This document shows positions 12,089-25,096 of a DNA stretch of 64,000 nucleotides, in pieces. Below the pieces are notes generated by a model. That model did not search any database and was not told where the DNA came from. It saw only the letters and a program-made list of their open reading frames with translations. The DNA comes from Octopus sinensis (taxonomy: Eukaryota): NCBI RefSeq assembly GCF_006345805.1, contig NC_043007.1, forward strand, positions 12,896,001-12,960,000, given 5' to 3'. How positions within the stretch are numbered: position 1 is the stretch's first letter; every line of letters begins with the position of its first letter. The position numbers and the translations under genes were made by a program.

Positions 12089-12859
12089 AATACCATGGGG
12101 AAATACATGCTTTATGGAACATGGTAAAAACGGTAAATTCGAATAAAAATATTTAAGAAGTGAACAACAAAAGACGTTAGGAAAAATAAATATATAACGT
12201 TTAATAAATAAGAAAGTTTGTTTAGTTACATCATAGAATGTTTGTTAGAGAAAGACATTCATTTCAGTATGTAGTTTAAACAATAAACCATCTTGTCAAA
12301 TATTTCTTGCATGTTGAATTGTACTGGATGTTTATAAAGGTTGCTGTTGTGTTGTATTGAGTAATGTCTTGTGTGTGTGTATGTGTGTTTAATGCATTGA
12401 AGTGTTGTGCTGTGGTTGATGTGACTGCTTGGTGTTATGTTTGATGTAGTGAACACACCATGTTTGATGTAACCGTGTTACGTGTAGTGTCTGATGCAGT
12501 GATTTTGTGTTCGGCGTTTGCTGAAAATAATGCCTTGTTCAGTGCTTGATGCTGTGGTGCCTTGTGTAATATTTAATGCAGTAATGCATCGCATAATGTT
12601 TTGATGCAGTGAAGTCTTATAATATCTTAAATGGTGCAGTGTTTGACATAGCAAAATCTTCTGTTGTAATGCTTTTGATGTTACAAAGACTATTGCAGAG
12701 TTGTGCTTATTGTTGTAAAGACTATCGTTGGAAATATATTATGTATTACTTTTTTCACCTGTTACTTTGTCACTCAGTCGTGATACACAGTAACACAACT
12801 GGATTTCTACGTCACTATCAATGTTGAACACATTGTATTACTGTGACATTTATGTGCCG

Positions 12860-13700
12860 CCCTGACTTTACTTTTGTATAGCTATGTTGATGTGACGCCA
12901 GTGTATTACAGTTGTGTTACTGTTGTATATCTGTGTTACACTTATGTTACTGTTGTGCATGCATCACAGCTGTGTTACTGTTGTATATGTAGCACAGCAG
13001 TGTGTTACTGTTACATATCTGTGTTGTAGTTGTGTTACTGTTGCATATCTGTCACACATGTGAAAACTGTTACACACTTGTGTTATAGTTGTGGTATCAC
13101 TGTATATGCATCACAGCTGCACATTACCACTGTATGTGTTGTAACTGTGTTACAGAGGTATACCTGTGTCACAGTTGTGTTACTATTGTATGTCTGTGTC
13201 ATTGCTGTGTCTGCATCACAGCTGTGTTACTGTTGTATATGTGTCACAGCAGTGTGTTACTGTTACATATCTGTATCGTAGTTGTGTCACTGTTGCATAT
13301 CTGTCACACATATGAAAACTGTTACACACTTGTGTTACAGTTGTGGCATCGCTGTATATGCATCACAGCTGCATGTTATTGCTGTGTGTCATAACTGTGT
13401 TACAGAGGTATACCTATGTCACAGTTGTGTTACTATTGTATGTCTGTGCCATTGCTGTGTCTGCATCACAGCCATGTTACTGGTGTATATCTGTGCACAG
13501 TTGTGTTACTGTGATATATCCGTGTCAGACTTATGTCACTGTTATATATTTATCACACCTGTCCTACTGTTGTATACGTGTCACACTTGTGTTACTGTTT
13601 CACAGCTGTGTTGGCGTTTTGTGTTGCTATTGTATTCTAGTGTTACAAAAGTTTTACAGCTGTGTTTGCGTCTTGCATTTGTGCTACTTTAGCTATTCCT
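12860..13700. repeat. Degenerate ~30-bp minisatellite with a ~252-bp higher-order duplication
   Basis: GTGTTACTGTTGTATAT-type monomers; blocks beginning at 13026 and 13278 are closely similar. Confidence 0.75.
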
Positions 13701-14010
13701 GTTACACTTGTGGTAATGTTCGTATCACACTGTTGCATTCAGGTGCAACAATTGTTCTTTTGTTGTGTTACTGGTGTATTTTTCGTTTTTAATTACAATT
13801 GCATTTCGATATTAAAGTCGTATTTATATTATATTTCTGTGTTACAACTGTGTCACTGTTATCAGTCACACTGCTATTTTGGAATGATTGAGACCAATTA
13901 TATACGTTTCAGATGAAACACTTGGAGTAAAAAAAAAAACCCCAAAAACAAAAAAAAACCCACCCCTTCCCCTGTCGCAATACCTCCCACCACTTCCCAC
14001 AAAGAATTAA

Positions 14011-14230
14011 CCCTTTCATTACCAACCCGGCTGAAACCGGTTCTGGCTCTGATTACAAATGTCTTGTTTTCATAAGTTTTGAATTAAAATCTTCCACCAA
14101 ACCTTAGTCACAATTTATGTTCCTAACACTAGCTTAATAAGAACTAAGTTATTTTACTAAATTCTTTGTTATATTTAAAGTAATTGAAAGAAACACAGAG
14201 AATCTCAAAATAAATACAGTAACGAAAGGG
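14011..14230 (-). mobile_element. piggyBac-like TTAA MITE (family P1), monomer, 220 bp
   Basis: TTAA|CCCTTTC...GAAAGGG|TTAA; homologous to the units at 18377 and 50026. Confidence 0.85.
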
Positions 14231-14819
14231 TTAAATGCTTTTCCCTAATGCTGCTTGTATCTTTGAAATTTTATAGCAATCTCTTAAATTCCTGAGTTTA
14301 CCCAATAATTATTTACTTCATAGCTTTGTTCATCCCTCATTAATCATCTATTACATTTTAACACAGATTGTAAATAATGCTACTTAACTAGCCAATAGGA
14401 TTCCAGGTCAGAGGTCAAGAACTATTGGTATTCAAAAAAAAAAAAAAAAAAGAATGAGGTTTCTAATTTTTAAAATATATTCCTTGATGCTAAGTTTGTC
14501 AGAATTTTGACTTTTGGCTAAGTTATCAATATCGTTAAGACATAACAGTTTCCGGTCAATATATCATAGGATGTGGATCTTTAAACTTTCCAACAGTCGA
14601 TCATATAACATAGATTTGAAAGCATTTGGCAGAGTTATCATTTGTCATTGATTAAATATTGTTTTCAGTCAAATTATCACATACCATAATAGTTGATAAC
14701 TTTAAGCCAAGTGATCACATGTCTTCAAAGTTTGATAACTTTCAGCTGCTGTAATTATTATCATGCCATAATTATGAGCAAATGTATATACATATTTTTG
14801 CATATATATGTATACAAAC

Positions 14820-15160
14820 ATCATCATCATATATATATATACATACATATACAACAACAAATATATATACATATACATACATATATATATATACACACAC
14901 ATACACATACATATATATACACATACATACATATATATATATATACACATATATATATATATATACACACATATATATATATATATACCACATATATATA
15001 TATATATTATACACATATATATATATATATACCACATATATATATATATATATTATACACATACATATATATATATATACACATACATATATATATATAC
15101 ACACATATATATTATATATATATACACATACATATATTATACACATACATATATATATAC

Positions 15161-15193
<33 letters not shown>

Positions 15194-15350
15194 CACACAC
15201 ACACATATATATATATACATATACACACACATATATATATATATAACCAAAATATGCATATACTCATATTTTGAGCTCTACTTTTCTTGTTTGCACCAAC
15301 ATACGTATATATAAATATATATATATGAGTATGTATGTTATATATATATG
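14820..15350. repeat. Compound (TA)n/(CA)n microsatellite
   Basis: Low-complexity tract; source of the YI/TH-repeat ORFs. Confidence 0.95.
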
Positions 15351-15450
15351 TATGCTATCAAGGTACCAATATCACATAATCAAAATCTTTCAATTCATCA
15401 ATATTATATTGCATGATTATAAACTAACAGCTAATTTATCAATATAACCC

Positions 15451-15505
<55 letters not shown>

Positions 15506-15731
15506 CATACACACACACATATACTTAGAATAAATCCATTCGGAATATATTCAAAGAATCTATTGGCTTATTGCTTCCGTTATTGGAATTCTCTATAAAC
15601 TCTGCGTTCCTAAACCTAAACCTTTTAAATGCTAACCCCAATTAATTTAGTATGTTTTAAAGTGATGTTGTGGCCATGATTGCTTCAAAGGCAGACATGG
15701 GACAGAGACACGCTAAATAGTGTTTGACCAT

Positions 15732-15947
15732 TCATCTGTCGCAGTAACAGAATTTCTTCAGTGCTAATTCATTGATGCAACTCGACTGGTTTCCATAGCT
15801 GCTGACTCGACTGATCTCGTTCATTAAGGTAAACGTATCTTCCTGTTCATTGAATCGGGCTGTCACCTCAAACAGGCCTTCACCTGGGCTGGTTTTCACC
15901 ATCAGTTGGTAGTCGACAATTGCACTCACTCGGTTACCATAGTAGAC
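15732..15947 (-). CDS. DUF229 gene, last coding exon (71 aa + TGA)
   Basis: Acceptor GCTTTTCAG|GTC at 15948/15947; encodes VYYGNRV...YQLMVKTSPGEGLFEVT...SRVSSYGNQSSCINELALKKFCYCDR*. Confidence 0.88.
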   Translation of the reverse strand, partial: VYYGNRVSAIVDYQLMVKTSPGEGLFEVTARFNEQEDTFTLMNEISRVSSYGNQSSCINELALKKFCYCDR

Positions 15948-18900
15948 CTGAAAAGCGACAGAGGAAACAAAAAAAAAAAAAACAATAAATAAATAAAAAA
16001 ACATATCAGGTTAATAAGACAGGTATGGGATGGTTGTGTGGTTAAGAATCTTTCTTCCAAACAAAATGATGTTGGGTTCAATACCTATTTCTTTACTACC
16101 CACAAGGGGCTAAACACAGAGGGGACAAACAAGGACAGACAAACGGATTAAATCGATTATATTGACCCCAGTGTGTAACTGGTACTTATTTAATCGAACC
16201 CAGAAGGATGGTAAATACCTATTTCTTTACTACCCACAAGGGGCTAAACACAGAGGGGACAAACAAGAACAGACAAACAGATTAAGTCGATTATATCGAT
16301 CCCAATGCATAACTGGTACTTATTTAATCGACCCCGAAAGGATGAAAGGCAAAGTCGACCTCGGTGGAATTTGAACTCAGAACGTAACGGCAGACGAAAT
16401 ACCTATTTCTTTACTACCTACAAGGGGCTAAACACAGAGGGGACAAACAAGGACAGACAAATGGATTAAGTCGATTATATTGACACCAATGCGTAACTGG
16501 TACTTATTTAATCGATCCCGAAAGGATGAAAGGCAAAGTCGACCTTGGTGGAATTTGAACTCAGAATGTAGTGGCAGACGAAATACCTATTTCTTTACTA
16601 CCAACAAGGGGCTAAACACAGAGGGGACAAACAAGGACAGAAAAACGGATTAAGTCAATTATATCGACCCCAATGCGTAACTGGTACTTATTTAATCGAT
16701 CCCGAAAGGATGATAGGCAAAGTAGACCTCGGTGGAATTTGAACTCAGAACGTAGCGGCAGGCACTTTGTGGCACTTTGGGCAAGTGCCTTCTACTATAA
16801 CTCTGGACTGACAAAAGTCTTCCACATTCTTATGAAATCCCCAACTTTCTACCTCTCCCGAGATCCACCGTCTGTATTTCCTCTTATACTCACCTTCTTG
16901 TACCTTTAGAGTATGTTCCGAAAACCTTGCCACCACCATCTTTATCTTGTGTCCAGCTACTCCCATCCACCCTTATATAATTCAGGGTAGCCACGTATCT
17001 TCTCTATAGTCTAGCTTACCAGCACCTGGGGTAAAGCAACCACCCCAATTTGGAATACACTTTGACTCAGTCAAGTGGGCTTGTCTTGCATGAGACACAC
17101 ACACACAAAAAAGCACTCAATACAAACTGGGAAGTGGATGGTTTCAGGAAGGGTATCCACCCAAAGAAATCATGCAGTCTATCAAATTAAATCATCCAAC
17201 CGATGAAAGCATGGAAAAAGAAATGACAATGACGTGTTGTGATATTTATTCCATTTCCAAATGAAAAGGGAAATAACAGCTGCTGCTGGCTGCTACTACT
17301 ACTACTGCTGCTGCTGCTGCTGTTGTTGTTGTTAAGTAACAAGATGGGTAAGGATGATTAGGTGATGGTCTAGGGCTTAGGGGCGGGAGACCCCAGACCT
17401 TGGGAAAAAAACAAAAAAACTTTGGTCGTCTTGTTGTAGTCGAGGGCTCTTCGTTGACGCCCGTCACCACTGCGAGGTGGCCCTCGAAGTCGCTGGAAAT
17501 GGAAATCTCCAGGTCCAAATTCTTGAATGGCCGCTACAACTACTACTACTACTACTACTACTTGTATGAATATATATATTTGGCATTAGGAAGAACGTCC
17601 AGCCATGGAAACAATATCAAATCAGGCTGAAGTCTGGTGGGGCACCACAGCTTGCCAGCTCTGGTCAAACCATCCAACCCATGCCAGCATGGACAACAGA
17701 CATTAAATGATGATGATGATGATGATGATAATGTGTATGTAGCAGTGGAGGTGTGAAGTGCATGTCCTTGCGTGTGTACGCACATACACACATACACAGA
17801 CATACACATGCTCTCATAAATTTATATACTAGCATTGCCTCCCATACAGGAAAATTTCACCCAAAAAAAAAAAAAAAAAACAAGGAAAAAATAAACCAAC
17901 CTTAATACCCCCTCCCCTGCCATCAACTCCCATTACCAAAAACATGTAAATATCTCGAGCTAACATGAAAATCCACATACTTTCTGATTAAGCACGTCAT
18001 TCAAACTCTTCTGGAATCGCAAGATTTTATCAGTCGGCAGTTGTTTGTTAGCATCAGAAATGGCTTGGACTTGTAACAAGGCACACCTGTCCCTGAAAGG
18101 TAGCGTTAACCTGTTAATCTTGTCCACGAGGCTCTGTGCTATATTTTGGACCACTTTGTCAGTCACATTGACGGACACCTGTTGAAGGCACGTGCACCAG
18201 TGGGGTGCGATGCTTGCATCTGTACAAGAACGGGATTTAGGCACTTCTCGGAATATGCTGATGCCTCTCTGTTTCACTGAAGCCTTTCGTACCTGGAAAA
18301 ATGTAATAAGGATACAAATAATAAAATGAGAAAAAAAAAGCAATTTTGAATTTTTAAAAACCAAAGACAAGTTTAACCCTTTTGTTACTGTATTTCTGTT
18401 GAGATACTCTGTTTTTCTTTCAATTACTTTAAATATAACAAAAAATTTAGTAAAATAACTTAATTATCATTAAACTAGTGTTAGGAACATAAATTGTGAC
18501 TAAGGTTTGGTGGAAGATTTTAATTCAGAACTTTTGGAAACAAGACATTTGTACTACAGAGCCAGAAATGATTTCAGCTGGGTTGGTATCAAAAAGGTTA
18601 AGAATTATTTCTCTATTATATATTTTAACCCTTTTGTTACCACATTTCTGTTGAAATGCTCTGTGTTTCTTTCAATTACTTTAAATATAACAAAGAATTT
18701 AGTAAAATAACTTAGTTATCATTCAGCTGGTGTTAGAATCATAAATTGTGACTAAGGTTTGGTGGAAGATTTTAATTCAAAATTTATGAAAACAAGACAT
18801 TTGTACTCAGAGCCAGAGCCGGTTTCAGCCAGGTTGGTAACAAAAGGGTTAAAGATGTGAGTGAGTGACCTAGTGAATAAGAGCATTATTACTCTTGATT

Positions 18901-19431
18901 AAGAAATTAAGGTTGATAGTTCAAATCCTGTCAAAGACTGTGTATACATACATACATATATCTCTTATTATAAAAGGCAGATTTTATCTGCCTCCCTTTG
19001 GGAGTTATACAAATCTACAATATAGGATTTCTTCAATTACAATTTACCTAGCAATTTTAGAGTACAATGCATCGCGTCATGCCAGGTCCAGTTTTAAAAT
19101 TTAAACTCCAATTAAGCAAAATTTACAGAAAACTCACATTCTGGTGTGGTGTGTCAAATGCTTTTCTTAGTCTGGTTTACACCACACCAAACGCACGCAC
19201 ACACAGTGGGCAACGAATAAAATGAAAGTAAATAGCGACAGAGTGATTTGAGGAAGACTAAAGTGAAAGTATTCTGTCTATGCCGCTGATAGATACATGA
19301 GTAAAATGTATGGGAAGCTAAGAGCTAAGAGTGAGTGAAAATGTTCTTGGAAGAGAGTAATTAGTAATAAAGTAAACATACACTCATACATACATACATA
19401 CATACATACATACATACATAAATACATACAT

Positions 19432-19466
<35 letters not shown>

Positions 19467-22400
19467 TACACACACCATACATACACACACACATACATCA
19501 CACATACATACATACATACATATACATACATACATACATATACATACATACATACACACACACACATACACACACACACAGTATTGAAGCTTGAGAACAA
19601 TCAGATACATTTGCAACACATCTGTTGAAAATATTATTGTCACACACATACATATACATATATACATACAGACAGACAGACAGATAGACACACCACACAC
19701 ACACACACACACACACCACACACACACACACACACATGATCCAGCATGGCCACAACCTCAAGGCTGAAACATATAAAAGAATAACAGAATATAAATGTGT
19801 GCAAAGTACAAGAAATATTAATGCAGTAATGGGGATTGGACAATAAGCGTAAGGCAGTGTCAATGGTGGGTCCAGAAATCCCGAGCCATAAACTACAGCC
19901 TAGAAGACGAGCCTCATCCTGAAAGATCTGTAGAACTCGACAAGGACATCCTGAAACCCCTGGTGGAACAAAATATCATCGTAACTGTTGAGGAACTAGC
20001 AGAGAAGCTTGGATTTGGTCATTCAACCATTCATTGAGACCTGTGTGCTATCGGAAAAGTCAGCAAATTGGGTCAATGGGTTCCTCACGAACTTTCCGAG
20101 TCTAATTGCATGCAGAGAGTGAATGTATGCTTTTCTTTGCTGTCATATCTCACCACACTACTGCGCTATGTATATCTATATATATAAAACTGTAGTTGTA
20201 TGAGTGTCTGTCCCCTTCGATTTAGATTCCTAACTACTCCCACATTTTGCGGTACAGTTTAACCAATTCGGGTAGCTTATAGTCGTGATTCATATAAAGC
20301 CCGTCTGAATATTAGCGCGCGTCTACGATGAGTCTACGATTTAAAAAATAATTTAACATCATTTTTTATTCCATTTTAATGCATAATTTTTCGTGTGTCG
20401 ATGGCGGCGGAGTTGGCGTCCACGCTCACACCTGCACCTGTGGGGAAGGGAGCGTAAGGAAATCAACGTCGTAATGCGTTGTCAAGGAGACCAGTGTTCT
20501 TTTAGAACAACAACGACTTCATGGCTTGAAGACACCAAAACAGAAATGGCTAAGAAAGCGTCTACATGAGTCTACGATTTAAAAAAAATTTACCATCGTT
20601 TTTTTTCCATTTTAATGCATTTTTTCGCTATTATATAAGGGAAGTAACTCTCTAAAAATGTCTACGATGAGTCCAACGATTTAAAAAAAAATTTACCATC
20701 ATATTTTTCCATTTTAATTAATGCATTTGCTATTTTTTGGCTATAACTCTCTAAAAATGCTTATATAGTTATTTCCCTTACAAACCCAGCAACGCCGGGC
20801 GATACTGCTAGTATATACATATTTATATATATCTGAGAATAAAAAAAAAAATTATGAAGATTGGAGATGAAGCTTAAAAGAATGGCAGAATAAATGAAAA
20901 TTCAGAAATCTTCATTTCCAAAGATTAGGTTACTATCTTCTGTCTTTTACTTGTTTCAGTCATTGGATCATGGTCATGCTGGGGCATTGCTTTGGGGGGT
21001 TTCATCAAACAATCAGACACCAGAATTTATTTTTAAGCTTGGTACTTGTTCCCAAAAATCTCTTTTACCAAACCGATATGTTGCAGAGGTGTAAACAAAG
21101 CAACACCAGATGTCAAGCAGTGGTGCGAACAAACAACACAAACACAACAAACACACACACATAATAGGCTTCTTTCAGTTTCCATCAACTAAACCTGCTC
21201 ACAAGGCTTTGATTAGCCTGGGGCTATAATTGAAGGCATCAGCACCAAATGTCATGCAGGGGGACTGAGTCCAAGATTGTATGTATGTATGTATGTATGT
21301 ATGTTTGTATGTATGTATGTATATGTATGCATTTGTGTATATATATATATATACACACACACACACATAGTGTGTGTGTGAGTATGTATGCATGTATGTA
21401 TGTATGTATGTATGTATATATGTATGTATGCATGTATGTATGTATTTATGTATGCAAACTTCTTATCATGTGGTTGAGAAGCAATTTTCTTATCCCACAA
21501 TGAAATCTATATCTAGAAATTATATTCTTAATTGAATATAGGACCTAAAATGTGTGGTTTTATTGTCGTTGTTTTACTTCATGTTGGCCTTGACTGAGCA
21601 GGTCAATGATGAAAAGCCTTCTGTCCATGACCAACCTGTTCTATTATATTTGAGGTGGGAGGATGCATTTTTGGAATAGGGCAACAATAATACTACATTA
21701 TTCAACATAGGCATAGGAGTGGCTGTGTGGTAAGTAGCTTGCTTACGAACCACCTAGTTCCGGGTTCAGTCCCACTGCATGGCACCTTGGGCAAGTGTCT
21801 TCTACTATAGCCTCGGGCCGACCAAAGCCTTGTGAGTGGATTTGGTAGACGGAAACTGAAAATGAAGCCTGTCGTATATATGTATATATATATATATATA
21901 ATATATATATATATAATATATTATATATATATATACACATACATACATTTATATATGTATGTGTGTGTATATGTTTGTGTGTCTGTGTTTGCCCCCAATA
22001 TCGCTTGACAACCGATGCTGGTGTGCTTACGTCCCCATAACTTAGCGGTTCGGCAAAAAAGAGACCGATGGAATAAGTACTAGGCTTCCAAAGAATAAGT
22101 CCTGGGGTCAATTTGCTCGACTAAAGGCGGTGTTCCAGCATGGCCACAGCCACATGACTGAAACAAGTGTAAGAGTAAAAGCACATAGTATTAGATGTGA
22201 TCTCTTTTAAGAAAGTAGGGTAAGATTGAAGGGAAACATGACTGCTATTTCTGGCAGGTCATTGAGCAACCATGCAGGGGTTGCCCTTTTGGCTCACACC
22301 TATTCAGAAGGAATTTCATAGGCCATAAATTTTCAGCCTATTTGTAGCCTTTTGAAGTGTTGTACCGTTAACATTGTGCTAAATTTGGCTATTTAACGTC

Positions 22401-23281
22401 ACGAGTCTGAGAATCACAAATTTTATTTCAAACAAAATATTTGAAGCCATTGTGCTCGGTTAAATTTCCTTTGTGCAGTGATTGTGCAGCGGGAACGTGC
22501 ACATGTGCACAGATGCACAACTAAAAGGAAACATTCTCTTTGTTCAGCTGATGTAGCGAATCCTTACGCCCAACCAAAGCAAATTTCGATTCATAGAATA
22601 TGATGCCACAGCAAAATGACAATAAAGGAATTCTTGGCTCTTCTAAATCACTGGGTTTTAACATTCACGAAAAAATGAAAACGGTAAAATATCTAGTCTG
22701 AATGCTTTACTATTTCTGTTAATTCCCATGCATCACTGACTCGAAAGTATTCATTTAGAAGAATAGGATGAAGAAAAAATATCGAAATTTGGTAAATATT
22801 AACTTAAAATCCTTTAAGAAAAATTGAATAATTACAAAGAGGTGTTAGACAAGATTTTAGACTGAGGTAAATTTCTTGAATTTGGATTTGTATATATACA
22901 GTGGATTTGTATATACACAGTTTATGAACAGTTCCCATCATGAACAATTCTTGTAACATAAAATGCTTCACACATTCATACACAGATATGTACATTCTTC
23001 TACACATGCACGCACACACACATCTTTTACACATTCACTCAAAAGCTCACACACACACACACACACACACACACAAATGGTTATGGAAATGATATCAATG
23101 TGGCTGTGCATAGGCATAGGAATGGCTGTGTGGTAAGTAGTTTGCTTACCAACCACATGGTTCCGGGTTCAGTCCCACTATGTGGCACTTTGGGCAAGTG
23201 TCTTCTACTATAGCCTCGGGTCAACCAAAGCCTTGTGAGTGGATTTAGTAGACAGAAACTGAAAGAAGCCCATCGTATATA

Positions 23282-23327
<46 letters not shown>

Positions 23328-25078
23328 TGTATGTATGTATGTATGTATGTATGTATGTATGTATGTATGTATGTACGTATGTGTGTGTATGTGTTTGTGT
23401 ATCTGTGTTTGTCCCCCCAACATCGCTTGACAACCAATGCTGGTGTGTTCACGTCCCCGTAACTTAACGGTTTGGCAAAAGAGACCGATAGAATAAGTAC
23501 TAGGCTTACAAAGAATAAGTCCTGGGGTTGATTTTCTCAAATGACTGAAACAAGCAAAAGAGTAAAAAGAATAAAAGAGTATCTAAGTCAGGTGTGTTAA
23601 TATTCAAGGTGATCTAACAAAGTTCTTACCTGGCCATCAAAATATAAAATATCTACAAGTGTTTCATATATATCAAAAGGCGTGGTCAGGCGATTTGCAT
23701 TGGTTCTTAAAACTCTGTCCAGGTTAGGGTAACGCTTACGGAACCAGGGTGGAAATATCAGAAACATAAAAGGCAGTCGTTCTTCCAGTTTACCAAGATA
23801 CGTCGTACGGAACTTGCCAAACCTCGATCCATGATCACTGTAGAAGAAGACAACTGTGTTGTTGAGATATCCTTCCTCAAACATCGTTTTGAAGAACTGG
23901 AAATAGGGTTCATCAGCATAGCCGACATCGTTAATATTCGCATGTGTGAGACCGGTTATAAATGCGAAACCAAAGTGGGGTTTATCACGATATGTCTTGG
24001 CAAAATCATAAACGTAGCGTAAAACAAAATCCGTCTCCAAGCGATCCAAAACACAGTGTTTATTGGTCCAGAGATTTTTACTTCGCTGTAAGGCCAGAAA
24101 AATTGGCCGATTGTAATGGTCACATGGAGGTTGGTGAAATCCGGCTTTTAAGTAATTGAATATGGAGATCGTTGGAGCATCTTCTGCATAGAGTGTCATG
24201 TAACCACTGTCAGAGAAATTCCTCCAGATAAAGGAGTAATTATCAAAAGGCTTATGAGAGAGTTTCTCAGTCCAAGGGAGTTCTTTGACATATCGACCAG
24301 TGGTCAATGGAACAACGTTCACAAATGTATTGTCAGCTACTTTATTGTAACCAGCCAATTCATAAGCGCCGAGCCTCTCTAATATATACTTACGAGTATT
24401 CTTCATTTGTCGAATGAAATTGAGTCTAGAGACGGAATCCACTCCAATCATTAAGACATTGAATTTTTCTTTAACGTTAGGATTTCTCTTTTGGTACTTA
24501 CGAAAATATTTGGTTCTTCGTTTCACTAAGTTTTGGTCTCGGATGATAAAAGAGTGGAAATTGCTGTACATCAGCCCACCACTTTCACTGTAGCACATGA
24601 CTCGGACAAACTCATGCTTACTCCTTGTATCACTGCTAAACCATATTCCAGTTTGTACATATTCAAACTTAAAGTCCGATTTATCTTTTGGTCGGACAAT
24701 CGCTTGATACTTGCATTTCTTGAAATCCCTTAGGTTGTAATGCTGTATAGCCGTTCTGTTAATTCTAATGAAATTATCCTCCTGGTAGGTCAAAACTGGT
24801 TTGTCTGGACACCGCAAGACTCCATTCAGCTTTATGTAAGAACTAACTGAAGGCTCAAAAGGGTCAAGGTTGGGAATTCGACAGTTATCTGTTTCCACCA
24901 AAAATCCAGTGTACTCTGAATGTTCTAGTCCCATGTGGCTTGCTTCGTTGATATTCCTACTTGATGAAAATATCACATGGCTTGGTTGCATGCGAACAGT
25001 GAAGCTGAGTAATATCACCAGAGATATCGAGAGGAGACCCAAAAACAGGTTTTGGTAATTTATTCGTGCTGATATCAT
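15732..25078 (-). CDS. DUF229-family protein (alkaline phosphatase/sulfatase superfamily, predicted type II membrane); core model complement(join(15732..15947,17981..18292,23630..25078)), 658 aa, about 680 aa with the candidate upstream exon
   Basis: Three ORF segments join in frame through canonical phase-0 GT-AG introns. N-terminal hydrophobic anchor (LFLGLLSISLVILLSF), motifs GVDSVSRLNF, YNKVADNTFVN, FFYSDHG, EERLPF, N..RLTTPFDIYETL, R.C..A.I..HWC.C, and C-terminal SRVSSYGNQSSC..LKKFCYC, which I recognise as typical of DUF229 proteins. Confidence 0.88.
16082..16762 (-). repeat. SINE family C tandem array (4 units) in the last DUF229 intron
   Basis: Unit starts at 16082, 16216, 16400 and 16584 (periods 134, 184, 184). 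Confidence 0.85.
17580..17730 (+). mobile_element. RTE-LINE 3' end fragment (family D) with (GAT)n tail
   Basis: TTGGCATTAGGAAG...CCCATGCCAGCATGGA...TTAAATGATGATGAT, homologous to the 3' UTR at 51009-51400. Confidence 0.7.
17981..18292 (-). CDS. DUF229 gene, internal coding exon (104 codons, VRKAS...LNQK)
   Basis: Acceptor TTTTCCAG|GTA at 18293/18292, donor AAA|GTATGT at 17981/17980, phase 0 at both ends; contains the SRSC..A.I..HWCTC motif. Confidence 0.88.
18377..18848 (+). mobile_element. piggyBac-like TTAA MITE (P1) dimer with 23-bp spacer
   Basis: Units from 18377 and 18629-18848, each bounded by TTAA; ~85 bp from the exon acceptor at 18293. Confidence 0.85.
19855..20157 (+). pseudogene. 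Mariner transposase relic, truncated by a Helitron-like insertion
   Basis: SLEDEPHPERSVELDKDILKPLVEQN...VEELAEKLGFGHSTIH*DL.AIGKVSKLGQWVPHELSESN; diagnostic WVPHEL motif. Confidence 0.85.
20174..20812 (-). mobile_element. Helitron-like element, long form with internal cargo and duplications
   Basis: Same termini as the 6645 copy plus a GC-richer insert shared with 34850 and 35370. Confidence 0.7.
21711..22160 (+). mobile_element. SINE family A, full length
   Basis: Head, microsatellite and tail present. Confidence 0.88.
23114..23580 (+). mobile_element. SINE family A, ending ~50 bp from the DUF229 donor at 23630
   Basis: Head to AAAAGAGT tail; small deletion in the tail. Confidence 0.88.
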
Positions 25079-25096
25079 CCCATCTCGCTGGAAGAA
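23630..25096 (-). CDS. DUF229 gene, large coding exon (ATG at 25078; 483 codons from ATG to donor)
   Basis: 493-aa ORF. Donor CAG|GTAAGA at 23630/23629. Polypyrimidine tract plus TAG acceptor at 25098-25097, alternative CAG at 25089-25088; both are in frame with ATG 25078. Confidence 0.9.

Noticed and set aside
13030-13916. Cys-rich ORFs resembling metallothionein or keratin-associated proteins
   Set aside because: All three plus frames are open because of the TGT-rich minisatellite.
14693-15314. Long YI/TH/VC-repeat ORFs (also near 7600, 19300, 31560, 38230, 53160, 55420, 55970 and 61400)
   Set aside because: Dinucleotide microsatellites are stop-free in most frames; there is no coding complexity.
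16082-16762. CRISPR-like regular array (also 59101-59400)
   Set aside because: Whole units repeat with no unique spacers, there are no cas genes, and the context is eukaryotic and SINE-derived.
25075-25083. ATG-GGA-TGA mini-uORF overlapping ATG 25078
   Set aside because: Only relevant if 25078 is the true start; the upstream-exon model makes it internal, and such a 9-mer is easily chance.
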